A stretch of DNA of 64,000 nucleotides from Minisyncoccota bacterium (GCA_035546035.1 DASZXC010000014.1:1323-65322), one strand, 5' to 3'; counted from the first letter of the stretch, positions 18,297 to 27,834 are shown. Numbers and translations: made by a program. Notes: generated by a model not told the origin, from the sequence alone.

Positions 18297-18972
18297 GGAC
18301 CGTGTCGATAATGTTCTTCATCGCCTCGAACGGAAGGGCGCCCTGGTCGAGCGATATCTTGTCTCCGCCCGCGAATATGACGCTGTACGGCGTGCCGCGC
18401 GTGCCCGTGCTCAATGCTTCCTGCCGGTCTGCGGTGATCTTGGACTCATATTTATTCGAAGCGGCGCATGCGGCGAACTGCGATTTGTCTATGCCGAGGT
18501 CGGCGGCGAATTGAGGCAATTTCGAAAGGTCGAGGCCGTTATTCGACGTCGTCTCTTGGAATACGCGGTCAGCGTATTTCCAGAACGCGTCGTTTCCGCC
18601 GATCTCGCCGGCGCATTCGAGCGCTTCGGCTTCGGGGATCGAATTCGTGTGGACAGGAAAATGCCGGAACGCCCATGCGACTTTGCCCGGATACGCGTTC
18701 ACGATCTGGTGGAGCACCGATTGGTATTGCTTGCAGAACGGGCATTCGAGGTCGGAATATTCGACGATCATGATCTGGGCGTTTCTATTGCCGAGGACGT
18801 AATCCGAAGACGTGACCGCTTTGATGCCGTCGGTCGTCGTTTTCGGCGCGGTATCAGCGACGGCGGGGGCCGGCGCAGAGCCGCGGCCGCTCCAATAGAG
18901 TCCGAAACCGATAAGGGCGCCCGCGATGATGATGGCGAGAGGGATCGAAAGGGATTGTTTTTGCTCGTTCAT
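18283..18972 (-). CDS. DsbA-family thiol:disulfide oxidoreductase, membrane-anchored
   Basis: N-terminal TM, thioredoxin fold with CPFC active site (SDLECPFCKQY). Start ATG at 18972 (MNEQKQ). It overlaps the helicase 3' end convergently by 14 nt. Confidence 0.8.
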   Translation of the reverse strand: MNEQKQSLSIPLAIIIAGALIGFGLYWSGRGSAPAPAVADTAPKTTTDGIKAVTSSDYVLGNRNAQIMIVEYSDLECPFCKQYQSVLHQIVNAYPGKVAWAFRHFPVHTNSIPEAEALECAGEIGGNDAFWKYADRVFQETTSNNGLDLSKLPQFAADLGIDKSQFAACAASNKYESKITADRQEALSTGTRGTPYSVIFAGGDKISLDQGALPFEAMKNIIDTVLKNS

Positions 18973-19019
18973 AACGTATATAGCTGTATAATGAAGGAAA
19001 TTATAACACATACCTATCC

Positions 19020-19505
19020 ATGAAATCGCTCGATCAAATCGCTCTCATTGGGAATCCCGCGCCGGATTTCACCCTTAAGGACCAGGATGGCAAGCTCCGG
19101 TCGCTTTCCGACTGGCAAGGCCAGTGGGTCATTCTCTATTTCTATCCCAAGGACATGACGTCGGGATGCACGCTCGAAGCCCAGGAATTCCGCGACCATG
19201 AATACGAGATCGGAGATATGAACGCGGTCATCATCGGAGTAAGCCCTGATGACCAGAAATCGCATACCAAATTCTGCCAGGAACAGAGCCTGAACTTCAC
19301 GCTCCTCTCGGATACGGAAAAGGAGGCTGCCGAGGCATACGACGTTTGGAAAGAGAAATCTATGTACGGAAACAAGTACTGGGGCGTCGAGCGTACGACG
19401 TTCCTGATAGATCCTGCCGGCAAGGTTGCCAAGATATATTCAAAGGTGAGGCCTCTCGGCCACGCCGAGGCCGTCATTGCGGATCTCGAGAAGCTACAGA
19501 AATAG
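19020..19505 (+). CDS. bcp: Thioredoxin-dependent peroxiredoxin Bcp
   Basis: FYPKDMTSGCTLEAQEF peroxidatic Cys motif; 161 aa. Confidence 0.9.
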   Translation: MKSLDQIALIGNPAPDFTLKDQDGKLRSLSDWQGQWVILYFYPKDMTSGCTLEAQEFRDHEYEIGDMNAVIIGVSPDDQKSHTKFCQEQSLNFTLLSDTEKEAAEAYDVWKEKSMYGNKYWGVERTTFLIDPAGKVAKIYSKVRPLGHAEAVIADLEKLQK

Positions 19506-19520
19506 CCGAAAAGCGGCGCG

Positions 19521-20105
19521 CTAGAACCCCAGCGTGAACGTCATGGCGCTCTCGACTTTCTTCTCCCAGTCGCGGGTGTCGAGCTTCATCTCCTTCACTG
19601 CGAGGCCGTCTTTGAATTTGAGCGACCCGTTCTTAAGGGCGTAGTCGTAGATGTCCTTTGTCACTTTCACATCGTCTTTGCAGTACTTTATGATCTTTTC
19701 GATTTCGCCCTGCTTCCACCAGGTGACCGCTTCCAATCCGTGGCCTGATTTGCCCGCGCCGAGCGTCGCCTGCGCGATGGAATCCAGCTTGATCCGGAAG
19801 CCGAGAGATTTTTTGACCTCTTTGAGGAGGTCGAGGCTTTTGATCTTGGTCAGATCGCCCGGATAGTATTTATCCAGGAGGGGAATGTCGAAATGGTCGC
19901 CGTTGAACGTGATGAGCATATCGGCTGATTCGAGGATCGGCCAGAGCTTGCCGAAATCTTCCTGCAAAAAGCTGTGATACTGATCGGTCGAGTAGTCGTA
20001 CAGGCAGACGACGGAGATATCCAGGTCGCGCGGATCGTTCGAGCCCACATCCTGGAAGATATTGCGGGTTTCGATATCGAATACTATCTTTCGCATGGGA
20101 GGCAT
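19521..20105 (-). CDS. DEDD-family 3'-5' exonuclease (RNase H-like fold)
   Basis: Exo I FDIETRN, Exo II GDHFDIPLL, Exo III-like DIYDYA. About 190 aa. Confidence 0.65.
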   Translation of the reverse strand: MPPMRKIVFDIETRNIFQDVGSNDPRDLDISVVCLYDYSTDQYHSFLQEDFGKLWPILESADMLITFNGDHFDIPLLDKYYPGDLTKIKSLDLLKEVKKSLGFRIKLDSIAQATLGAGKSGHGLEAVTWWKQGEIEKIIKYCKDDVKVTKDIYDYALKNGSLKFKDGLAVKEMKLDTRDWEKKVESAMTFTLGF

Positions 20106-20113
20106 TGTAGCAT

Positions 20114-20890
20114 ATGCTTATGGACCCGGTACTGAATCTCTATAAGAAGAAGAGCGAGACGCCTCTCCAGACCGTGGAAAGGTACGTCAAAGCCTATCCG
20201 GAATACGCCAAGACGCGTATGACCTATGCCGGTAGGCTCGACCCTATGGCCGAAGGCGTTCTAGTCGTGCTTTCGGGCGAAAAGAACAAGGAGAGGGAAG
20301 CCTATACGGGCTTGGACAAAGACTACGAATTCGAATTCATACTGGGCGTCGAGACCGATACGTTCGATGTATTGGGCAAGATCGCCTCTGGACCTTTGGC
20401 GAAAGCCGTGAGCGGCGTTTCAGAGGCTATCGTCGCGGGCGCTCTCAAAAAATATACCGGCAAGATCGAGCAGAAATATCCGCCGTATTCATCGAAGGTC
20501 CTCGATGGCGTGCCGTTATTCGAATTGGCCCGCAAAGGCAAGCTCGCGGAAAAGGATATTCCGATCCATGTCGTTGAGGCAAAAGACATCGAGCTCGTCT
20601 CTTCGCGAAGCATACCGAAAGACCGGTTCGTGGAGATGATATACAAAGACATAAGCGCCGTTCAGGGCGATTTTAGGCAGGACGAGATTTTGAAAGCATG
20701 GGACCTCTATTTCGCCGATGGGGCGCCTGACGCGTTCATGATATACAAGGCCCGCGTCTCGTGCGGAAGCGGATTCTATGTCCGCCAGCTCGTCTCTGAC
20801 GTCGGTCGAGACCTCGGCATAGGCGCCGTCACGGTCTCCATACTCCGCACGAGAGTAGGGAGCTACAACATAGCGGACTCTATAAAATAA
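20114..20890 (+). CDS. truB: tRNA pseudouridine synthase TruB-family protein (no PUA domain)
   Basis: YAGRLDPMAEGVLVV (catalytic Asp motif), DKDYEF and ETDTFD motifs aligning to TruB. Confidence 0.75.
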   Translation: MLMDPVLNLYKKKSETPLQTVERYVKAYPEYAKTRMTYAGRLDPMAEGVLVVLSGEKNKEREAYTGLDKDYEFEFILGVETDTFDVLGKIASGPLAKAVSGVSEAIVAGALKKYTGKIEQKYPPYSSKVLDGVPLFELARKGKLAEKDIPIHVVEAKDIELVSSRSIPKDRFVEMIYKDISAVQGDFRQDEILKAWDLYFADGAPDAFMIYKARVSCGSGFYVRQLVSDVGRDLGIGAVTVSILRTRVGSYNIADSIK

Positions 20891-20911
20891 AAACGGCTTC
20901 GGCCGGTTTTT
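20891..20911. terminator. Bidirectional terminator with UUCG tetraloop between truB and convergent membrane-protein gene
   Basis: aaacggc-ttcg-gccggttttt. Confidence 0.6.
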
Positions 20912-21368
20912 AGATGCGGTTCGCTATATTCGCGTCCTCGACGAAGCTCTGCATAGAAGGCTGTCGTGCGGAGATCCGCGCGGCGCTGTCGGAAACGATG
21001 ATGACGAACGTGCTGCCGAGGGCGATAAGGATCGTCATGAGCCATTTCACGTATGCGGCCCAGGTCGGCTTGTCCCAGACGCGGTGGAGGACGAAGATCG
21101 AGTAGAACGATATGAAGAAGGGGAGCACGAGCGCGACGACGAACGCCATGCCGGTGAAAAGAAACGCGACGCCCGTGAGCGCGGTATGCCCGAGGATAAC
21201 GTACAGGAGGAAGCGTACCGCAAGGAAGAGATTATCAACGTGATAGAGCGTGAAATAGCCGAAAACGCCAAGGTATGCGAGCGTGCCGATCGATCGGATG
21301 TCGGGCGCGAAGTAGAAGTCGGCGACTTCCTTTATATATGATCTTTTTGCCGCCGGTTTGTCTGCCAT
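20910..21368 (-). CDS. Hypothetical membrane protein
   Basis: Four hydrophobic helices. Start at the internal ATG (MADKP). Confidence 0.5.
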   Translation of the reverse strand: MADKPAAKRSYIKEVADFYFAPDIRSIGTLAYLGVFGYFTLYHVDNLFLAVRFLLYVILGHTALTGVAFLFTGMAFVVALVLPFFISFYSIFVLHRVWDKPTWAAYVKWLMTILIALGSTFVIIVSDSAARISARQPSMQSFVEDANIANRI

Positions 21369-21527
21369 AGGACTATACATTCACACATTTTAAATATTTG
21401 TCAAACAACGTTTGACCTGGCGGCTATAATCGTCTATACTCGTGGCTAATCGTCAGTGTCAGTGGTGAGAGCGAAAGTTTAAGCCAAAGGCAGGTCGGAC
21501 GGGAGTTATAAGAAATACAAGTCATAC

Positions 21528-21818
21528 ATGGCAAAGAAACTTTACGTGGGCAACCTCTCGTACGGCACGACTTCGGAGAGCCTCAAGGCAGGCTTCGAGA
21601 AGGCGGGTTCCGTCATCGAGGCGATCGTTCTCACCGACAAGATGACCGGCCGTTCGCGAGGCTTCGGCTTCGTGACGATGGAAGACGCTGATGCCGACAA
21701 GGCGATCGCGGCTTTCGACGGCAAGGATTTCGAAGGCCGACCTATCAAGGTCAACGAGGCGAAGCCTATGGAGGAGCGCCCTCGAAGGTCGTTCGACAGC
21801 AACCGCAGGAGCTTCTAA
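21528..21818 (+). CDS. RNA-recognition-motif (RRM) RNA-binding protein
   Basis: RNP2 LYVGNL and RNP1 RGFGFVTM. C-terminal R-rich tail. About 145-nt 5' leader. Confidence 0.9.
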   Translation: MAKKLYVGNLSYGTTSESLKAGFEKAGSVIEAIVLTDKMTGRSRGFGFVTMEDADADKAIAAFDGKDFEGRPIKVNEAKPMEERPRRSFDSNRRSF

Positions 21819-21832
21819 TTCCTGCAAGACAA

Positions 21833-21866
21833 AAGCCGCCCCTGTGAAAATAGAGGGCGGCTTTTG
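21833..21866 (+). terminator. Rho-independent terminator after RRM gene
   Basis: aagccgccc...gggcggctt then tttg. Confidence 0.55.
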
Positions 21867-21908
21867 CTATCATGTGGGAGGACCACTTCAACGAAAGGAT
21901 CTTTTATT

Positions 21909-22298
21909 ATGAATCAGCATTCCGGCGACGCCAGGGCATTCCTCTCTGCCGTCGAGCCGTTCTTGGCGGATCTGCGGAGGCTCTATGACGAAGGCGGCGG
22001 CGAAGGGCGGGCATTCGCCCGCGATATCCGCCTCGAATCGGAGAGGCTTATCGCTTGGGGCGACGGGCTCCAGAAGCATATGAAATGGATGGAAGACCTG
22101 CAGAAAGAAGGCCTTAGAGATAAGCCTCTCAAGCCGTTCAGCAAGGAGGCCCGCGAATACGGTCAGTGGAGAGAGCGAGAGCGCCTGTATGTCGAGCGTC
22201 TGGATCGGCCGCTCTTCGAGGCGATCGACCGGCTCGACGAGCTCCGGGGCGTGCTCTCGAAGCCCGTCTCCGCGCACATCACGCAAGAACCCGCATAA
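21909..22298 (+). CDS. Hypothetical protein
   Basis: ATG at 21909 (MNQHSG). The listed ORF start 21864 is TTG and overlaps the upstream terminator. Charged, helical composition. Confidence 0.5.
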   Translation: MNQHSGDARAFLSAVEPFLADLRRLYDEGGGEGRAFARDIRLESERLIAWGDGLQKHMKWMEDLQKEGLRDKPLKPFSKEAREYGQWRERERLYVERLDRPLFEAIDRLDELRGVLSKPVSAHITQEPA

Positions 22299-22312
22299 TG
22301 CGGGTTCTTTTT
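22285..22312. terminator. Bidirectional terminator between convergent hypothetical gene and typA
   Basis: aagaacccgc-ataat-gcgggttctt then ttt; A-run on the other side. Confidence 0.7.
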
Positions 22313-24119
22313 ATACCTTCTTCTTCGCTTTCTCGCGGTCGGCCTTTTTCAGATACTGCTTGCGGAGGCGGACCGATTCAGGGGTGATCTCGAGGAAGTC
22401 GCTTTCGTGCATGATCTCGAGGCCTCGCTCGATGGTGAGAGTGAACGGAGGGATGAGGTCTATGGCTTCGTCCTTGCCTGCAGATCGGTAGTTCGACATG
22501 ACCTTGCCTTTGCATGGATTGACTTCGAGATCGTCGCCTTTCGACGTGTTGCCGATGAGCATGCCTTCGTACACGGGAACGCCCGCGCCGATATAGAGAG
22601 TGCCGCGCTCCTGGAGGTTCCAGAGGGCGAAGCCGACGGCGTCGCCGTTCTCCATGGAGATCATCGATCCGAATTCGTGCTTCTCGATGACGCCGACGTG
22701 AGGCCTGAAACCGATGAAGCGGGCGGAGAGGATACCTTCCCCGCGCGTATCCACGACGAATTCGCCGCGATAGCCGAGGAGGCCGCGCGTCGGGATCTCG
22801 AAGGTGAGGCGGGTGATGCCTTCATGCTCTCGCATATTGGTCATGATGCCCTTCCTCTGGGAGAGCTTGCGGATGACTTCGCCCGATACGTCGTTTCGGA
22901 CGTCGGCGGTCACCTCTTCGAACGGCTCCGATTTGACGCCGTCGATCTCTTTGACGATTACCTGCGGCTGGGAGACCTGCAATTCGAAGCCCTCGCGACG
23001 CATGGTCTCGAGCAGGATGGAGATATGGAGCTCGCCGCGGCCGTAGACCTTGAACGTATCGACGCCGGGGATCGTCTCGCCCGGAGCAGGGGAGAAATCG
23101 ATCTTAAGGCCCACATTGACCTCGAGCTCCTTCTCAAGGCGCTCGCGGATTTGGCGGGTGGTGACGAATTTGCCTTCGCGTCCCGCGAAAGGCGAGTTAT
23201 TGACGAGGAAGTTAAGGGCGATGGTCGGCTCGTCCACGTTGATGGCATGAAGGGGCTCTTGGCCCGCGCTCTCGCAGATCGTCTCGCCGATGAAGATATC
23301 AGGGAGGCCGGCCACCATGACGATGTCGCCCGCCCCTGCTTCGTTGACCTCTTTGCGGTCGAGGCCTTCGAACGAATAGAGCTTGGTCACCTTGCCCTGG
23401 CGCGCCTCGCCGGTTGGCTTCTTGATAAAGACGTTCTGGCCGACCTTGATCTTGCCCTCATAGACGCGGCCAAGGCCGAGTCGCCCGGTATAGGAATCGT
23501 ATGCGAGGTTGAATGGCTGCATACGGAGGGGCGCTTCGGTATTGGAAGGAGCCGGAGGGACGAGCTCGAGGATTGCGTCGAGAAGGGGAGTGAGATCCTT
23601 CGATTCGTCAGTGAGGTTCCGCTTGGCTATGCCCTGACGGCCGATCGAATAGATCGTGGTGAAATCGAGCTGAGCGTCGGTCGCTTCGAGCTCGATGAAG
23701 AGTTCCAGGATCTCGTCGAGGACTTCTTTTGGGCGCGCCGCAGGTTTATCGATCTTGTTTATGAGGACGATCGGCCTCATTCCCAATTCGAGGGACTTTT
23801 TGAGCACGAAACGGGTCTGGGGCATAGGGCCTTCCTGGGCGTCTACGAGAAGGAGGACGGTATCGATGGAGCGGAGCACGCGCTCGACTTCGGAGCCGAA
23901 ATCGGCGTGTCCGGGAGTGTCGATGATATTGATCTTGGTGCCTTTATAATTTATCGAAGCGTTCTTGGCATAGATGGTGATGCCGCGCTCCTGCTCGAGA
24001 GCGTTCGAGTCCATGGAAAAGCCTTCCTTGGCGACGCCGGACTGCTTCATGATGCCGTCCATGAGCGTGGTCTTGCCGTGGTCCACGTGGGCGATGATGG
24101 CTATGTTCCTGATCTGCAT
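22311..24119 (-). CDS. typA: Translational GTPase TypA/BipA
   Basis: AHVDHGKTTL G1, DTPGHADF G3, NKIDK G4; 602 aa, full-length collinear. Confidence 0.95.
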   Translation of the reverse strand: MQIRNIAIIAHVDHGKTTLMDGIMKQSGVAKEGFSMDSNALEQERGITIYAKNASINYKGTKINIIDTPGHADFGSEVERVLRSIDTVLLLVDAQEGPMPQTRFVLKKSLELGMRPIVLINKIDKPAARPKEVLDEILELFIELEATDAQLDFTTIYSIGRQGIAKRNLTDESKDLTPLLDAILELVPPAPSNTEAPLRMQPFNLAYDSYTGRLGLGRVYEGKIKVGQNVFIKKPTGEARQGKVTKLYSFEGLDRKEVNEAGAGDIVMVAGLPDIFIGETICESAGQEPLHAINVDEPTIALNFLVNNSPFAGREGKFVTTRQIRERLEKELEVNVGLKIDFSPAPGETIPGVDTFKVYGRGELHISILLETMRREGFELQVSQPQVIVKEIDGVKSEPFEEVTADVRNDVSGEVIRKLSQRKGIMTNMREHEGITRLTFEIPTRGLLGYRGEFVVDTRGEGILSARFIGFRPHVGVIEKHEFGSMISMENGDAVGFALWNLQERGTLYIGAGVPVYEGMLIGNTSKGDDLEVNPCKGKVMSNYRSAGKDEAIDLIPPFTLTIERGLEIMHESDFLEITPESVRLRKQYLKKADREKAKKKV

Positions 24120-24173
24120 GGGTTTCTAGGGAAAATAAAAAATGAGCCGCAGCTCTTTATGGAGCTCTATTTA

Positions 24174-24206
24174 AACAAAAAAGCCCTTTTTTGTCAAAAG
24201 GGCTTT
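24174..24206 (-). terminator. Rho-independent terminator (- strand) separating gene 24232..24876 from typA
   Basis: aaagccctttt-ttgtc-aaaagggcttt. On the - strand it is followed by tttgttt. Confidence 0.6.
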
Positions 24207-24231
24207 GAAAGCTTGCCTGTGCGGGCGCGTC

Positions 24232-24876
24232 CTATGCCGCGGGAACCATTCCTATCGCGGGGAGCGCCGGCGGAGAGGACGATTTCCGGCGCGTGACCGC
24301 CGGAAGGGGCTCTGCCGCCTGCTGCGAGATGGCCGGAATGTCGCCGGTGCGGGCGAACCTTTCGACGAGGCTGCGGACGAAAGGCGCGTGCCGAGCCTGC
24401 GCGAGGTCGATCTCGAAGGCGGGATCGCCGCGCTCCTTGAGCTTCTCGTGGATCGTCACGTTCTCGATCTCGAATCGGGCCACCTCGTTCGTTCGCGCCT
24501 CTTCCTTGATCCCGGCCGACGTCATGATGACGACAGACTGGATCTGGAAGCAGCGGTCCGAAAGAAAGGCGAGAACGCTGTCCAATTCCCCGGCCGAGAG
24601 GACATCGCTATCGATCACGAGGAAGGGGAGCGCTCTGTTTTTCAGAATCGCGACCTTTACCGCGTGCAGCCTGTCGCCGCCGGCCGTCGTCGGAAGGCTG
24701 CCCGGTCCGATATAGACGATGGGCCGCTGTTCGGGTCCCGTCAGATCTGCGGCCAGATTCCGCCCATGGGAGCGGTCCTGGCAGAGGGGGCTTATGCCGA
24801 TGAGAACGGCGGTCTTGGCGACGGGTCTGGAGACGGAGGATGAGGTCGGTTCTTGCCTGTCTGGACGTGTGAGCAT
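24232..24876 (-). CDS. Hypothetical protein (weak resemblance to C-terminal half of CofD/YvcK UPF0052 family)
   Basis: IVYIGPGSLPTTAGG resembles the CofD/YvcK LIVLGPGSLYTS motif, but the N-terminal GGGTG part is absent. Protein-like composition, in contrast to the Arg-rich + strand ORFs across it. Its own terminator lies downstream. Confidence 0.45.
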   Translation of the reverse strand: MLTRPDRQEPTSSSVSRPVAKTAVLIGISPLCQDRSHGRNLAADLTGPEQRPIVYIGPGSLPTTAGGDRLHAVKVAILKNRALPFLVIDSDVLSAGELDSVLAFLSDRCFQIQSVVIMTSAGIKEEARTNEVARFEIENVTIHEKLKERGDPAFEIDLAQARHAPFVRSLVERFARTGDIPAISQQAAEPLPAVTRRKSSSPPALPAIGMVPAA

Positions 24877-25030
24877 ATTGAGGTAACTGCGGTTTTCTGC
24901 GTTTTGAGTTTAGGTACGCCTCTTTTGGGAAAGAGCTTGCCGTTCGAGATAATCTCATGAAGTCGTATCGGAGTCAATATACCATTCCGCATAGAAAAGG
25001 CCCCTATCTTGTCGATAGGGGCCTTGCAGA

Positions 25031-25672
25031 TCATGCGTCCGCGAACGTCGTTTCCAATTCGAGGATGCGCTGATGAGCGATCGCCACCCGCGCTTCCGGC
25101 TCATGGATGCCGGAATTGATCTCGAGGTAGCGGCTCGGATATCTTCCCGCGAACGCCTGGACCACGGGAAGAAGAGTCCTTTCGAACAGGTCCTGCCGCG
25201 TATTGCACATATCGAGGGTTTCGCCCTGACGGCCGCGTTTGAGCATGCGCTCGATCGCGATTCGCCGTTCGATCTCGAGATAGCACATCACGAAGCGGCT
25301 GCTTACCTTGCCGATCTCCTCGTTCTGGACGTCGTTCCGAGGAAAGCCGTCGAGGATGATACGGGTGTAGCCTTCAGCCTCGAGCTCGGCGATCCGGGCA
25401 AGGACGATGGGGATCACGTATTCATCCGGGACGTTGTTGCCCGATTCCCTGAACGAGCGGGCGGTCTTGACCATCGCGCTCTCTCCCTCGTCGCCGCCGT
25501 TCCGAGGCGCGTTGATGAAGTCGTCGATGGCCTTGCTCGTCACGACCAGGGCGGTCTTGCCGAGTCTCGGCGTAAGCAGTTCGCCCGTAAACTCCTTGCC
25601 GGCGCCGGGACGGCCCGCAAGGAGGATAAGGGTTACGTGTTTCAGCGCATGTGTAATCTGTTCAGATTGCAA
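25031..25672 (-). CDS. Adenylate-kinase-family nucleoside monophosphate kinase (P-loop)
   Basis: P-loop GRPGAGKEF, ILDGFPRN (Adk DGFPRT motif) and an Arg-rich LID-like segment. Confidence 0.6.
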   Translation of the reverse strand: MQSEQITHALKHVTLILLAGRPGAGKEFTGELLTPRLGKTALVVTSKAIDDFINAPRNGGDEGESAMVKTARSFRESGNNVPDEYVIPIVLARIAELEAEGYTRIILDGFPRNDVQNEEIGKVSSRFVMCYLEIERRIAIERMLKRGRQGETLDMCNTRQDLFERTLLPVVQAFAGRYPSRYLEINSGIHEPEARVAIAHQRILELETTFADA

Positions 25673-25760
25673 ACTAACCTCCTATGGTTTTAGGGTTTAT
25701 TGTTGACGTGAAAGAACAAAGATAAAAAGAATCTAACACGCAAATCCTCCTTCGGCAACG

Positions 25761-26504
25761 TTAGCGCTTGAGGAGGACGAGGTATTCCTTATTACCCTTC
25801 TCGCCCTCGATAGGAGAGTCGGTTTGGGCTATGAACGAGAAGCCGCTTTCCTTTGCGGAGGCGACGACTTTCTCGAGGGCGCTTTTCCGGACAGCCTCAT
25901 CGGTGACCACTCCTTTATACTTGTCGGCGATTTCTTTGCCGACCTCGAATTGCGGCTTGACGAGGATGATCGCTCGGCCTCCTTTCTTTACGAGCTCGCA
26001 TATTTTCGGCAGGGCGAGCCCGACCGATATGAACGAGAGGTCCGCGACGACGATGTCGGCGGGGGAATCCGTCGAAAAATCGCGAATATCGGTCTCTTCA
26101 TGGGCTTCGACGCGGGGGTCGGAACGGAGCGACTGATCCAACTGTCCTTTCCCCACGTCTATGGCGATGACCTTTTCAGCGCCGTTTCTCAAAAGGCAAT
26201 CGGTGAAGCCCCCGGTAGACGAACCGACGTCGATGGCGGTCAGTCCTCGCGCGTCTATGCGGAATGTCGAAAGCGCGTGGGCGAGCTTTTCCCCCGCGCG
26301 ACTGACGAATGCCGCGTCTCCGGCGACCGCTATCGCATCGTCAGGCGAGATATCCATGCTCGCCTTGGCCGCGGCCGCGCCGTTCACGGTCACTTTTCCG
26401 CGCTTGATGAGGTCGCTCGCGGCCGACCGGGAGCGCGCCAGGCCCCGCCTTTGAATCTCGACGTCGAGCCGGTTCGCGCTCATAGAGAGGTTCTCGTTTT
26501 CCAT
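25761..26504 (-). CDS. tlyA: TlyA-family rRNA 2'-O-methyltransferase (S4 + FtsJ-like domains)
   Basis: S4 domain (RLDVEIQRRGLARSRSAASDLIKRGKVTVNG) and MTase motif IDVGSSTGGFTDCLL. Confidence 0.9.
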   Translation of the reverse strand: MENENLSMSANRLDVEIQRRGLARSRSAASDLIKRGKVTVNGAAAAKASMDISPDDAIAVAGDAAFVSRAGEKLAHALSTFRIDARGLTAIDVGSSTGGFTDCLLRNGAEKVIAIDVGKGQLDQSLRSDPRVEAHEETDIRDFSTDSPADIVVADLSFISVGLALPKICELVKKGGRAIILVKPQFEVGKEIADKYKGVVTDEAVRKSALEKVVASAKESGFSFIAQTDSPIEGEKGNKEYLVLLKR

Positions 26505-26629
26505 GCGCTTACTCTACTGGAAAAAGCCGCCGCTGTTTATCCACAGCGGCCCCATAATGCTTTAAATCTATAATGAGGTTAAATCGGGCGACCGTGCCGC
26601 GATATAGGGGCGCTCCCCGGTATGCATTT

Positions 26630-27052
26630 ATGAGCCATTCCATTCGCCAGCCGTCCTTCGCTTCCCGCGGATTCAAATTAGCCCTCCTTTGGATCCTTTT
26701 CGCTCTCGTCTCTCTCGCAACGTACGCGCTTTCGCATAGAATAGGATCTGACGCGCTCAACGCTGCAGCCGCTTTTCTTGCCGGCGGCCATAATGCGGAG
26801 ATAGCTCTCTATGCCGACAGGGCCGAGCCTTCTTCGATCGAAGTGCGGCAGGGCGAGCAGGTCGTCTTCGTCGTCAAAGACGACAGCCGCCACGACATGG
26901 CGGAAGATCGATCGCAAAGGAGGGAAGCCCGCCTCGCATCGGGCGAGATACGAAAGGGCGAGAGCTATGCCCTGGTCTTCCGCCAGAGCGGCTCCCTCTC
27001 GTTCTACGACCGCCTGAACCAGGATATCCGCGTGACCGTCACCGTTCGTTGA
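26630..27052 (+). CDS. Hypothetical membrane-anchored protein
   Basis: ATG at 26630 (MSHSIRQ), one TM, no recognisable domain. The 3' end lies in copy 1 of a 36-bp tandem duplication. Confidence 0.45.
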   Translation: MSHSIRQPSFASRGFKLALLWILFALVSLATYALSHRIGSDALNAAAAFLAGGHNAEIALYADRAEPSSIEVRQGEQVVFVVKDDSRHDMAEDRSQRREARLASGEIRKGESYALVFRQSGSLSFYDRLNQDIRVTVTVR

Positions 27053-27100
27053 TCGGCCGGCTAGCGCGTGACCGTCACCGTTCGTTGATCGGCCGGCTAG
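27029..27100. repeat. Perfect 36-bp tandem duplication (2 copies plus a partial third) between convergent genes
   Basis: cgcgtgaccgtcaccgttcgttgatcggccggctag x2 (27029-27064, 27065-27100), then cgcgtgg. Copy 1 provides the TGA of the + gene. Copy 2 provides the TAG (cta on +) of the - gene. Confidence 0.9.
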
Positions 27101-27834
27101 CGCGTGGTCGTGGCCTGCTCTTTCCGTATCTCCGTCTCGAACGGCCTGATCTCGACTGCCCGGAACGTGAGGTCGCCTGTCTTCTTGCCGATGATCTTGA
27201 CGCGGTCGCCGGTCTGAAACTTGAATCCTGCCGGCACAAGCGCGACGCCGTCTCCCGTCACTTCCCAGAGGTCGAAATTCTGGTCGCGGAGCGTGAATTG
27301 GTCATCCGATTCCTTCGCTTTGATCGAACCTGAAAGAAGGCCGTGCTCCGGATCGAACCACGTCTCGGTATTGAGAGGAACCACCGTCGAATATATGGGT
27401 ATGTTCTCTGCGGCTGCTTTGTTCACATATTTCGCCACGTTGAGGGTATAGAGCACCGATCCGAACGCGACGGCGACGATCCCGGCGATAAGGGCGAACT
27501 GCCGCGCCGTCACGCGATAGCCTTTCCTCGTGCGCCTGAAATTGATATACGCCGCCGCGGCGACGGCGATCGTTGCGGCGATCCAGAAGACGGGGATCGA
27601 ATAGAGGAGGCGCTCGGAGAAGGAGAGGCCGAGCTTGGCGAATATCGTCCGGTCGGTGCCGAAGACCATGAATATGATCATGCCGAAGCCGAGCGAGAGC
27701 GCCGCGGCGAACACGCCGAGAAGCACCCAGAGGATATAGTCGCGGACGCGGAAGTACGTCTTCGGCGTTGGCCTGACCTTGTCCGCCTTTATTCTCTTCA
27801 AAATTTGTTCTTGTAGCGTCATGGTCTTTCTCAT
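27097..27834 (-). CDS. Putative anti-sigma factor (single-pass membrane protein co-transcribed with ECF sigma)
   Basis: Start overlaps the sigma gene stop (ATGA at 27831-27834). Cytoplasmic N-terminal region, 3 TM, C-terminal extracytoplasmic domain. Confidence 0.55.
   Translation of the reverse strand: MRKTMTLQEQILKRIKADKVRPTPKTYFRVRDYILWVLLGVFAAALSLGFGMIIFMVFGTDRTIFAKLGLSFSERLLYSIPVFWIAATIAVAAAAYINFRRTRKGYRVTARQFALIAGIVAVAFGSVLYTLNVAKYVNKAAAENIPIYSTVVPLNTETWFDPEHGLLSGSIKAKESDDQFTLRDQNFDLWEVTGDGVALVPAGFKFQTGDRVKIIGKKTGDLTFRAVEIRPFETEIRKEQATTTR

Noticed and set aside
22407-24296. 629-aa + strand ORF
   Set aside because: It is antisense to full-length typA and the product has no domain-like pattern. 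Treated as an artefact.
24205-24843. + strand ORFs (212 aa and 140 aa) across 24205..24843
   Set aside because: The Arg/Gly/Cys-rich composition is typical of antisense frames. The - strand ORF 24232..24876 has protein-like composition and its own terminator.
27029-27100. Possible CRISPR array
   Set aside because: Only two identical 36-bp units occur directly abutting, with no spacers and no cas genes; this is a tandem duplication, not CRISPR.
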